DNA of 64,000 bases, from IMG/VR virus record IMGVR_UViG_3300029267_001061, positions 3,332 through 67,331 of that record, one strand, 5' to 3'. The DNA comes from a virus. Position numbers and translations under genes: made by a program. Below the pieces are notes generated by a model that did no database searches, was not told where the DNA came from, and saw nothing but the letters and a program-made list of their open reading frames with translations. This document shows, piece by piece, positions 56,059 through 64,000 of the stretch (positions are counted from its first letter, which is position 1; every line of letters starts with the position of its first letter).

Positions 56059-56312
56059 GGCGCCTCCAGGTCGTTCTCGTACACGTAGTGCATCTTCCAT
56101 TCCATCCCCGCGGGCCAGTGATACTTCGCCAGGATCTGCCGAGTGTGTTTGTCGATCACTTGGATCCCCCGGTAATCTGCAACCCAGCCCTGGTCCTCCC
56201 CGATCTCAATCCAGACCGTCTGGTCCTTGTAGTTCCGCATCGCCTGCATGTCACGGAGCTCTACGCTGATTCCAACTAACCGTCCGCGTTTCCGCTTGCG
56301 CCGTCTGAACAT
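56049..56312 (-). CDS. Hypothetical protein
   Basis: SD AAGGAGG. Confidence 0.6.
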   Translation of the reverse strand: MFRRRKRKRGRLVGISVELRDMQAMRNYKDQTVWIEIGEDQGWVADYRGIQVIDKHTRQILAKYHWPAGMEWKMHYVYENDLEAPCS

Positions 56313-56857
56313 TGCTGCCTCCTTTCATACTCGCGGTATTCGTTGATGTCAAGATCGGGCCCGCGCTCTTCGACCGTCATCTGCCACGGCTTGAGCTTGT
56401 GTTCCAGGTACCAAGCCGCGATCTTCAACGCGTTCTTCCTCGTTTGCTTGTGGACGTGCATGAGTTGGTCGATCAAGCGCATGCCGATCTCGAACCCTTG
56501 AACGAGTCCTTCCTTCATTGCAGCCACTCCACCTACCTTCCACTTCGCTGCGAGCTTCAACATCGGGAACTGATCTGGGTACCCCCACATGATGTGCTCT
56601 TCCAGCCATCGCCGATGCTCGTACGTGAAGAACTGGATCGGCATCTGGCGAGGGGTGTAGACTAGTTGCCCAGCCTGCAGATCCACAATCAGGGCCAACG
56701 GGTCGATGTCCAACCGGTCGTCCCCCTCCAGGCCCAGTATAGGTTGCACGCCTTCACCTGGGCGATGAAGAAGCATCAAGTGACCGACTCGCCCCTCGAA
56801 GGTGTCGATGCCCCTCTTGATCTCGCCGGGGCTAATTATCGCGTAGAGCCCAGGCAT
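56276..56857 (-). CDS. Hypothetical protein
   Basis: Coupled in the operon. Confidence 0.6.
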   Translation of the reverse strand: MPGLYAIISPGEIKRGIDTFEGRVGHLMLLHRPGEGVQPILGLEGDDRLDIDPLALIVDLQAGQLVYTPRQMPIQFFTYEHRRWLEEHIMWGYPDQFPMLKLAAKWKVGGVAAMKEGLVQGFEIGMRLIDQLMHVHKQTRKNALKIAAWYLEHKLKPWQMTVEERGPDLDINEYREYERRQQCSDGASGNADG

Positions 56858-57186
56858 CAAGCAGCCTTCATGCTCTTGTGGATGAACTTGGTTTCCCCGA
56901 AGGTCACAGATTTCCATCCGCCCCGGGGTCCGAACTCTTCGTCAGTGATCTCGCCGTACTGAGCGATGGCCTCCTCGCGTGTCAGTCGGCGTTCGACAAC
57001 GCCCCAAGACCCCATGCGGATGCAGACCAGGTCGGCACCCACCTCTGCGCGCAACTCGGCAAAGCGTTGGTCTCCCAGGTGTTCGGTGATCGGGCGGCCC
57101 CACGCTATGGGTTTGCCACTCCAACCGTCGCAGAGCAGGACTTGTGATTCTCCTAGTACAGATTCAAAACGGGTCAGGTCAGACAT
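56857..57186 (-). CDS. Hypothetical protein
   Basis: SD AAGGAG; GPRGG motif. Confidence 0.6.
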   Translation of the reverse strand: MSDLTRFESVLGESQVLLCDGWSGKPIAWGRPITEHLGDQRFAELRAEVGADLVCIRMGSWGVVERRLTREEAIAQYGEITDEEFGPRGGWKSVTFGETKFIHKSMKAA

Positions 57187-57652
57187 GGGGAACTCCTTGT
57201 ATGGTGAGGTCGATTTCGAGCTTCGGATTCGGGCTGAACAGCGTCGGTTGCTGGAGATTGAGTTGGAACCTCTCACAGAGCTGATCCCCAGGCAGCATCC
57301 AGACAAGCTCGAGCTGTGGGCCAAGTTCCGGCACCCTCAGTTCTTCAGCCAGTGCTTCGAGCAACTCCACGACTCGTTCACGTTTCACGGTATGGCCGAT
57401 GTAGTCAGGCTCCACCTGAACTTTGGGGATATCGCACCACCACTCGATGTTGGATTCAATGATCTTATGTGAAGACGCCCATCGCCAGTAGCCGCCGTGA
57501 TCTGCGGTGTACCTCGCTACGATCGGGGTCGTCAGCGTATCTTCGGGGTTGTCTCCCGGGACGACCATGTTGGGCAAGAGCACCCACACGCGCCGGTCGT
57601 CTTCAGGTAGTCGTTGACTAGTCGGAATCATCCTTGCGACGATGCTTGGCAT
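57179..57652 (-). CDS. DUF551-like protein
   Basis: IP.S.RLP....VWV...W. Confidence 0.5.
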   Translation of the reverse strand: MPSIVARMIPTSQRLPEDDRRVWVLLPNMVVPGDNPEDTLTTPIVARYTADHGGYWRWASSHKIIESNIEWWCDIPKVQVEPDYIGHTVKRERVVELLEALAEELRVPELGPQLELVWMLPGDQLCERFQLNLQQPTLFSPNPKLEIDLTIQGVPHV

Positions 57653-57965
57653 TGCGCCCTCCCTTCCGCTTGTCGATCTTCTTGATCTCGCAGACTGCGA
57701 ACACGTGAGCCAGGTGCTTCTCGAACTCGGCCATGACTTCCCTGCCTGTGGCACGTGAGTATCCCCGGCGCGGTAAGCTCTTCGGGAACTCGCCATCATC
57801 CCAGAACCCAATGCCGACCTTGCCGGAGGCTGCGATCTCCATGTGCTCGAGGATCGTATCCCAGTCTTCGCCCTTCACCATCTTCTTCGTGCGCTTCAGA
57901 CGACCGTTCACGTAGAACGCCCGCTTCTTCGTGTGTAGATTCGTGAGTACAGTGATCAACCTCAT
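57618..57965 (-). CDS. Hypothetical protein
   Basis: SD GAGGAGG. Confidence 0.6.
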   Translation of the reverse strand: MRLITVLTNLHTKKRAFYVNGRLKRTKKMVKGEDWDTILEHMEIAASGKVGIGFWDDGEFPKSLPRRGYSRATGREVMAEFEKHLAHVFAVCEIKKIDKRKGGRNAKHRRKDDSD

Positions 57966-58192
57966 GTGTCGTAGTCCTCCTCTACTGGGGCCATCTCGCC
58001 CTTCTCCGGTGCTTCGGGTACCCACTCGTGTTCCGGATCCTCGACGAAGATCAGCGATGTGGTGGGAACCGTGTTGCGGAACATCTGCGTCGTCTTGACC
58101 AGCCAGCCTCCGGGAACCTTCATGCGGTTCGTGTACTTACCGATCCGCTCCCAGAGAATCGGTGGTGCTGGCTTCCTATCTTTCCGAGGCAT
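57962..58192 (-). CDS. Small phage protein (RxKVPGGWLV...FV.DP.H.W family)
   Basis: Motif recognised from phage hypothetical proteins. Confidence 0.65.
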   Translation of the reverse strand: MPRKDRKPAPPILWERIGKYTNRMKVPGGWLVKTTQMFRNTVPTTSLIFVEDPEHEWVPEAPEKGEMAPVEEDYDT

Positions 58193-58754
58193 CTTGCACC
58201 GGCGGTTTGGAAAGTAGCCACTCGGGGTGCTCTGCATCGTGAAGGATGGAGTCGCAGAACAGCCGCCATTGCGGAAGCCTGTGAGTCAGGCGCTGCCTGA
58301 TCATTCGCTGAAGGGCCATGTAGTTCGTGCACACGATACGCCGCTGGAGGAAGGACTCCGGCAACGCGACCTTCAGTCTTTCCCAATCTCCCTCTTGCCG
58401 CAAGCGCTCGAGATGAGCGATGTAACTGAGGGGCAAGGAGTACTCGAACATGCTGTTCGTGATTTCTTCATCGGTGATCGTGTGCATTGTCGACTCGCTC
58501 TGCTTGGTGACTCCGACTCGGTAGGTGTCGAACTCCTGCCACCAGTAGCGGGGCGCTTTGATATCGACCCACACGACGATGCTCTCCAGGAACTTGTTGT
58601 GGCCATCACCCTTGTAGGCGAGGCGGTCGGCGACGGGTCTCATCTTCGCGAGGAGTTCCTCGTCGCTGCTGAGTTTCTTGTGTTGGCCATGACTGAGCGA
58701 AAGCCCAAACAGGGCGGGCACTAGGCCGTGCTCAGCTATGATTCGTACTCGCAT
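58176..58754 (-). CDS. ThyX-like flavin-dependent thymidylate synthase homologue
   Basis: GHNKFLE...APRYWWQEFDTYR...SESTMH...LP...NY...QR..HRL.QW. Confidence 0.7.
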   Translation of the reverse strand: MRVRIIAEHGLVPALFGLSLSHGQHKKLSSDEELLAKMRPVADRLAYKGDGHNKFLESIVVWVDIKAPRYWWQEFDTYRVGVTKQSESTMHTITDEEITNSMFEYSLPLSYIAHLERLRQEGDWERLKVALPESFLQRRIVCTNYMALQRMIRQRLTHRLPQWRLFCDSILHDAEHPEWLLSKPPVQDASER

Positions 58755-58968
58755 ACTTCCTCCCTTTGCTGGTCAACCGGAAGGCATCATCAATCAACTG
58801 GTGGTGCTTGAGTTTGAGGATGGTGGCCTTCTTGATTCGCTGGATGGGTGCGCCCGTGCCGGGGAGACACGCGAAGTAATCTTTCCGCCGGCGCTCGATG
58901 ACTCTTTGACCTGTTGATAGGTCTAACAGGATCTTCCGTTCTACGGCCCGTAGTTGTACTTCTGCCAT
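58732..58968 (-). CDS. Hypothetical protein, possible winged helix
   Basis: SD AAGGAGG; C-terminal LTSKG; TATAAT at 59002-59007. Confidence 0.6.
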   Translation of the reverse strand: MAEVQLRAVERKILLDLSTGQRVIERRRKDYFACLPGTGAPIQRIKKATILKLKHHQLIDDAFRLTSKGRKYASTNHS

Positions 58969-59146
58969 TGACAGCTCCTCCTTTGAAAGGTTGGTACGTA
59001 CATTATATATGCCCCGGAAGGCGTTACAGAAGCCAGCCCCCTAATCATCGAGGGGGCTGCTTCCGGCGCGGTAGTAGTGGGCATGGCCGACCCACTGACT
59101 GGAGGGCTGTCGAACCATCATATCGGAGGTCGGGTAGTCTTCCCAA

Positions 59147-59413
59147 CTAGCGGCGATTTCGTCGCTTAGATGCCTGAGCAGCCTTCCGCTTCTTCTTCTT
59201 CGACTTGTTTGCTCTGTGATTGGGATTGGATTGCGGGAAGTAATTGCGCTGGGGCTGGCGCTTGACGCGCGGCTCGGCGAAGGCGTTTGGCCCCATCCCG
59301 AGACCGAGGGCAAGGCTTAGCCCGGATCGGCGCATGTTGGAGTGCGTGGTGCGATCCTCAACAAGCGACATCAAGTCGGCCATTTCCTGTTGGGGCGTGC
59401 GTTGTTCGTTCAC
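59147..59413 (-). CDS. Basic hypothetical protein
   Basis: C-terminal KKKRKAAQASKRRNR. Confidence 0.6.
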   Translation of the reverse strand: MNEQRTPQQEMADLMSLVEDRTTHSNMRRSGLSLALGLGMGPNAFAEPRVKRQPQRNYFPQSNPNHRANKSKKKKRKAAQASKRRNRR

Positions 59414-59658
59414 CAGACGACCCCCGGATGCTGTTGATAGTATGGGTAGAACGGGTTGTACGGATGACAGCTGTATGGGTACGGTCGCCACGGCGGGCGG
59501 TAACAGTAGACTTGTCCCGGCGGGCAAGGGGCGGGGGGCACCCAGTACGTAACTGTACCGGGCGCCTCCACCGAAACCGACAGGACGGGAGTCACTTCAA
59601 GTGCCACACACATCGCGAGTGAAGCTGCGAGTATGATCAGTGCCAATAGCTCTTTCAT
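59410..59658 (-). CDS. Small secreted Pro/Tyr-rich peptide
   Basis: Signal peptide MKELLALIILAASLA; SD GGAGG. Confidence 0.6.
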   Translation of the reverse strand: MKELLALIILAASLAMCVALEVTPVLSVSVEAPGTVTYWVPPAPCPPGQVYCYRPPWRPYPYSCHPYNPFYPYYQQHPGVVW

Positions 59659-59686
59659 GGTGTTATCCCTCCACCAATACTATAGG

Positions 59687-60775
59687 CTACTCGGACTCGA
59701 GTAACTCCCTGCCGCGGATTTCCGTAACGTCTTCGAGATTGATCGGCCATACCGAGGCACGACCCTGGCCCTTGCTCCAGAACGTCATCATCTGCTGAGC
59801 GAGCGATCGCTGGTGCAGACCGTACTGGGCGTACTGAGAGTGCCCAACCAGCGGGGGGTTGATGACGGTTTCCCCTTCGAGGATCCCCCAGTGATGCCAG
59901 TGGCCCATCTGCATGAAGTCGAAGGACTCGGTCGTGCGATGGCGCGTTCGGATCTCCTTGTTGACGGCGCTGATGATTCCGAAGTACGGGATCGAGTGCG
60001 TCCGCCTACACATGTCGCCATGAGTCAGCGCGTTCCGCCAGCCGAGGACATCGACCACTCGCACTTTGGAGCGCGGGATATCCCACTGGATCCGGGCGTC
60101 GTCCGCGGTCATCTCCTTAGCGATGTAGTGCATGGATGTGTCCCAGTTGCGATCCGCGGTCATCTTGCTGACGGGCTTGTTCGTGTTGCGACCGTGGTTG
60201 CCTGCCATTCCAACAACGCGGACCTCTTCGAAGTGTGCGGATAGCTGAAGCAGGAACTTGGAGAAGACCCGCGAGACCCACGGCAGGGCCATCGGTAGCG
60301 GCATCGAAGATCCCCAGGATGACTCATCTGGGTGGATCTCTCCCATGAACCAGTCACCGAGCGACCACACATGTAGAGTGTGGATCTCGTGGTTCATGCG
60401 CATGATGTCGGTGAGCTGAAGAACCTTCTTGGCCAGCAACTCCATACGTGCCTCGAATACTTCGGGGCTGTAGGCCGCCATGCCTTCAAGCTCTTCAGCA
60501 TCCACAACCTCATCCGCGTGCGCATCACACACGACGATGCTCGGCTGGAGTTCCGTGATCGGGCGTTCAGCGATGGTGATTGGCTGTGGCTCGTAGACCG
60601 GGAGCTGGGGGATGGATGATTGAATGAGCTCGAACAAGCGCTCGTCCGTCCCGACTCGGTCCTTCAGTCGTTTGATCTCGTTCTGTGCCTCATTGAGGCG
60701 CTTCCCCAGAGCTACTAGTTGTGGCTCCGGATCCGATTTCTCGAGCATCTCCTGTTTGGACTTACCTTCAGTCAC
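59687..60775 (-). CDS. Calcineurin-like metallophosphoesterase
   Basis: DAH, GD, GNHGR, THGD, GHWH. Confidence 0.9.
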   Translation of the reverse strand: MTEGKSKQEMLEKSDPEPQLVALGKRLNEAQNEIKRLKDRVGTDERLFELIQSSIPQLPVYEPQPITIAERPITELQPSIVVCDAHADEVVDAEELEGMAAYSPEVFEARMELLAKKVLQLTDIMRMNHEIHTLHVWSLGDWFMGEIHPDESSWGSSMPLPMALPWVSRVFSKFLLQLSAHFEEVRVVGMAGNHGRNTNKPVSKMTADRNWDTSMHYIAKEMTADDARIQWDIPRSKVRVVDVLGWRNALTHGDMCRRTHSIPYFGIISAVNKEIRTRHRTTESFDFMQMGHWHHWGILEGETVINPPLVGHSQYAQYGLHQRSLAQQMMTFWSKGQGRASVWPINLEDVTEIRGRELLESE

Positions 60776-60787
60776 GGGGGTTCCCCC

Positions 60788-60895
60788 TTAGGATGTACTC
60801 CAGGAAAGACAGGCCAGACCTGCACCTATCAGTGCAACTGGAGCTAACAGGATACTGAGGATGACCAGTACCCAGACCGTGCCCTCATCCAACAT
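60788..60895 (-). CDS. 35-aa single-TM peptide (not in ORF track)
   Basis: MLDEGTVWVLVILSILLAPVALIGAGLACLSWSTS; TAATG coupling, SD GAGGAGG. Confidence 0.5.
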   Translation of the reverse strand: MLDEGTVWVLVILSILLAPVALIGAGLACLSWSTS

Positions 60896-61365
60896 TACTC
60901 CTCCTCGTCTAACTTGTACGCGTTGGGGTTCTCCGCTAGGATCTCGTCGCGAGATTCGGGATCAGTCCACCAGATATCCTTGCCGATGCGGAACTGGTAC
61001 TTGAGCCAGCCCTCATCGGGATCGCGCGCTAGATGTTGGAAGTCCTTCCGAGCGCCGGACAGGCCGATCGACTTGCAGACCTCCCAATCAGAGTAGAACC
61101 GGCCCTTGGTGATGACCTCAGGGATCCGGCTCATTCGATCTTGGGCTCTCGCGATCGGATCGTGTCGACGCATGAACTCGGCCTTCGAGAGGCCGGGCTG
61201 GTTGCGCTTCGTCTTCGTCTGCACTTGACCGGGAGGCGGTGGCGATCCGCCGGCGTCCTCCAGTTTCAAGCGGTCGTTGAAGGTCGAGACATGTAGGCCA
61301 AGTTCCCGTGCTGCCTGGGCTTTGACCCCGCCCGCCTTCTCCAGTGCTTCTCTGTATTGGCCCAT
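60895..61365 (-). CDS. Fis-type HTH protein
   Basis: ALEKAGGVKAQAARELGLHVSTFNDRL. Confidence 0.8.
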   Translation of the reverse strand: MGQYREALEKAGGVKAQAARELGLHVSTFNDRLKLEDAGGSPPPPGQVQTKTKRNQPGLSKAEFMRRHDPIARAQDRMSRIPEVITKGRFYSDWEVCKSIGLSGARKDFQHLARDPDEGWLKYQFRIGKDIWWTDPESRDEILAENPNAYKLDEEE

Positions 61366-61406
61366 GGGCCCTCCTTAGTTAGTAGGGTGTGCGCCCGTAC
61401 CCCCTG

Positions 61407-61628
61407 CTATCCGTCCGAGTTATCCTCGGACTCCTCCTCACCCTCCTGCTCTTCGGAGGCATCATAGTCGTCAACCTGGTCGACAGCTTCCCAGAGCTCG
61501 TCCGCGGTCAACTCATTGAAGGCAGTACGCGTCGCCTCCGCGAATTGGTCCAGATCGGTGGGCTCGTTGTTCTCGTCGACTTCTACAGCAGGCACCAGCA
61601 AAGTTAGGGTGACCTCTAGGTTCTTCAC
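61407..61628 (-). CDS. Small acidic protein
   Basis: SD AAGGAGG before GTG 61628. Confidence 0.6.
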   Translation of the reverse strand: MKNLEVTLTLLVPAVEVDENNEPTDLDQFAEATRTAFNELTADELWEAVDQVDDYDASEEQEGEEESEDNSDG

Positions 61629-61677
61629 GACTTCCTCCTTATTACTCAAGGACACGGGACCGCCCCGCGTCACGGCC

Positions 61678-61686
61678 ATTATACCA
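61678..61686 (-). promoter_or_regulatory. Extended -10 promoter at the start of the leftward arm
   Basis: TGGTATAAT. Confidence 0.55.
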
Positions 61687-61736
61687 TATCGGGAAGTGTT
61701 TGAAGATTCAGAGACAACAGGCGGGCCTATCCCATA

Positions 61737-61800
61737 CTGCAGGTAGACAGGCCGTCAGGCCAGGTCTCTACTATAGATATACATACCTGTCTACCTACAG
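61737..61800. repeat. 15-bp inverted repeat (14/15 match) with AT-rich spacer
   Basis: CTGCAGGTAGACAGG ... CCTGTCTACCTACAG. Confidence 0.8.
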
Positions 61801-62158
61801 TGATATAGGGCCCTCAGTTGTCCCTGTTGGAGGCTCTTGAAACGAACTGTTTGCCCGGACAAATGAGACGTGGGTGGTGGACGTAATTCGGGGTGTCATC
61901 CCATGTGGCATTTCGGAGTAATCTGCGAAGCGGACCTTTCCGATTGATCCCGGGGATCCGTGCTCTGACGGTTGTTGGGGGCAAGTGCTGTGATAGCTTG
62001 TTCATGATACTCAATTATACACCATCTCGGGGAGGGCAGGGCTTATGTAAGTACCTATGCCCAGGGCAGGGCTAAGGTGCCCTGTACGGGATCGGAAATC
62101 GTACGCGCGGCACGTACAAGTTGGGATCGGGTTGACTTGAAGATAGGATGATACCACT

Positions 62159-62698
62159 ATGGCACGTAACGTACGAATGGCAGAGAGGGTAGCCCTTCTG
62201 AAGTACGTGCTTGGGGGCATGACTCCGGAAGCCGCCGCAGAACGAGTGGCCAACGAGGTCGATTCAGAGAACGTAACCAAGGAGCGAATGATCTCGCAGT
62301 GGGACCAGCGAGAGAAATGGATCAACAAAGCACTCCACGCTCCGACCGGTCACAGCATCTGGCTTGAGTACCTGCTCTCGAAGCACGTCCGCCGAGAAGA
62401 GATCCAGCACTTGATCGACATGGCACTCGATGATGACGAGAAGCCGAAGCTTGCTTTCGCTCTAGAGTGTATCATGGCCAAAGCCAGTCTAGACCAGCAG
62501 ATGCTCGATGCTGCTGTGAAGATTGGGGCATTGGCTTCGAATTCCGGATCTGCCGGCGATGGTGATGGGCTTGATGGCGTGTATGAAGCGATGTCGAAAG
62601 CTGACAAGCGAACCGCGCTGAGATCAGCGAAGAAGATCCTCGCGAAGCAGATCAAGAGTCTGGATGACAATGAAGAACCCGCTGAAGATCCTAGCTAA
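62159..62698 (+). CDS. Terminase small subunit
   Basis: Helical HTH-like N-terminus; overlaps the TerL start. Confidence 0.65.
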   Translation: MARNVRMAERVALLKYVLGGMTPEAAAERVANEVDSENVTKERMISQWDQREKWINKALHAPTGHSIWLEYLLSKHVRREEIQHLIDMALDDDEKPKLAFALECIMAKASLDQQMLDAAVKIGALASNSGSAGDGDGLDGVYEAMSKADKRTALRSAKKILAKQIKSLDDNEEPAEDPS

Positions 62699-64000
62699 CG
62701 CTCGAGGGCTATCCTTCGAGGACTACTTCGAGCACATCTTCGTGTTCGGGTACGAGCTTGTGGAAGGCCAGTTCCTGATGGGCGCCCACATCCGAGAATG
62801 GACCAACCGCCTAGAGCACTCGGATTTCACTTCCACCATCTCGGCTCGTGACCACTCGAAATCTACAACCCTCAGGGCCTACATCGGGTGGCGCCTGCAT
62901 CAACTGGAAGAGTTCGAGCGGAACCTGGAGCTGTTCTACTTCTCGTACACGGTCGGCGGTGCTCGCGAACACCTGATCAAAGCGAAGAGATACATCGAGT
63001 CCAATCCTATTATGATGGCTCGATTCGAGTCACTATCGGACGCAGCTTCAGTGCTCGACTTCAAGGACAAGAAGACTGGTTTGCGCTTCACTGCTACACC
63101 GCACGGGATTGCTACCTTCAAACGAGGACTTCACGGAGACGTAATCATCTGCGACGACATCCTCCGCGATCCCGCCCACGAGCTGGACATGACCCAGATC
63201 ACTAAGGTAACGCGTGTCGTACGAGAAGAGATCTTGGGGGGTATCATCCGACCGGAGACCGGAGTCTTCCACCTGATGGGTACGTCGATGTCGAAGAACG
63301 ACGTGTTCTGGGACCTGAAAGAGCTGGAAGAATTCGACTGGCAGATCTACCCTTGCTGGGATGCAGAGCAGAACCCGCTTTGGCCGGAGAGGTACAGCAC
63401 GAAGTTCCTACGGAAGAAGCGACGCACGCTCGGTCGGTTCGCCTTTGCTAAGGAATGGGAAGCCGTTCCAGTTCAGACCGCAGACACCTATCTGGACGTC
63501 GATATGGTAGACGAGGCAATCGGTCCTCAGCTCCCCGAAGGTGTGGATCCGATGTGGCCGGTCTATGCAGCGATTGACATCGGGAAGAAACGACACCCGA
63601 GCTTCTACACTGAGTTCGCACTCGACCTGGAAGGCCGGCGTATGATCCAGATTCACAAGCGCTGGTTCGACGGGTGGGACTACAATCGCCAGAAGGAGTA
63701 CGCGAAGGAGCGAGCAGCCCATCACAAGGGGCGTTGGAAGAAGTTCTGGTTCGATAACACCGACCGTGCTTTCGAGAGTTTCCTTGAGGCAGGAGATCTG
63801 CCACCGCACGCTTCCCCGGTTGTGTTCAGCGGTTCGAAGAATCGAGCAATGGCTACGGCACTGGACATTGTCCTCACGAATGGTCAGATCGAGTTGAGGA
63901 AGGACATCTGGCCGAAATTCGACAAGCAAGACCGCCAACGTGAACAGATGCTCGCGGTCAACTCATCACTCCAAGCCTCGGCAACCAAGCTCGGCCACGC
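62664..64000 (+). CDS. Terminase large subunit, 3'-truncated (not in ORF track)
   Basis: Own translation: Walker A ARDHSKST, RGLHGDVIICDD, nuclease AAIDIGKKR; runs off the window. Confidence 0.92.
   Translation, partial: MTMKNPLKILANARGLSFEDYFEHIFVFGYELVEGQFLMGAHIREWTNRLEHSDFTSTISARDHSKSTTLRAYIGWRLHQLEEFERNLELFYFSYTVGGAREHLIKAKRYIESNPIMMARFESLSDAASVLDFKDKKTGLRFTATPHGIATFKRGLHGDVIICDDILRDPAHELDMTQITKVTRVVREEILGGIIRPETGVFHLMGTSMSKNDVFWDLKELEEFDWQIYPCWDAEQNPLWPERYSTKFLRKKRRTLGRFAFAKEWEAVPVQTADTYLDVDMVDEAIGPQLPEGVDPMWPVYAAIDIGKKRHPSFYTEFALDLEGRRMIQIHKRWFDGWDYNRQKEYAKERAAHHKGRWKKFWFDNTDRAFESFLEAGDLPPHASPVVFSGSKNRAMATALDIVLTNGQIELRKDIWPKFDKQDRQREQMLAVNSSLQASATKLGH

Larger units (their letters stand above)
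1..64000. mobile_element. Myovirus-type tailed phage genome, near-complete segment
   Basis: Terminase, capsid, sheath, tube, tape measure, baseplate and replication genes in two strand-coherent arms; no host housekeeping genes. Confidence 0.97.

Noticed and set aside
51170-59030. Shared upstream motif CTGTA(T)ACGCC at two promoters (about 51190 and 59025)
   Set aside because: Only two copies, with different spacing to the -10 element; could be chance
61814-62014. 66-aa minus-strand ORF in the control region
   Set aside because: No RBS or motif; a leaderless start after TATAAT is possible but unsupported
1-64000. Archaeal virus, suggested by the histone fold
   Set aside because: Sigma70-type promoters, PolA, lipobox and SEC-C motif point to a bacterial host

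Overview
The whole window is most of one tailed dsDNA bacteriophage genome (Caudoviricetes, contractile tail). It opens inside a very large minor-head/MuF-like effector gene and ends inside the terminase large subunit, so the portal and the MuF N-terminus probably lie just outside. The plus strand (1-37.5 kb) carries a multi-ADP-ribosyltransferase plus zincin effector with small downstream genes, an envelope cassette (holin-like protein, PKD lipoprotein, secreted beta-rich protein), DUF2213/DUF2184-type head genes, neck, sheath, tube, tape measure, baseplate and a long receptor-binding region with Kelch and FN3 proteins. The minus strand (37.7-61.7 kb) carries replication and recombination genes (VRR-NUC, SSB, Sak4-like ATPase, PD-(D/E)XK nuclease, UDG-PolA fusion, SNF2 helicase, RepB primase, AAA helicase), a nucleotide-modification cluster, a ThyX-like gene and many small early genes. 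Three observations stand out: (1) a probable phage histone-fold protein with a Lys-rich N-tail and an acidic C-tail, next to a second acidic protein; (2) two tandem thymidylate-synthase paralogues that both carry the dCMP-type Asp, predicting cytosine modification; (3) a virion effector with four ART modules followed by candidate immunity genes, one of which is missing from the ORF track. No integrase, endolysin, tRNA, rRNA, CRISPR array or reverse transcriptase was recognised. All family calls come from motif recognition by eye, not database searches.
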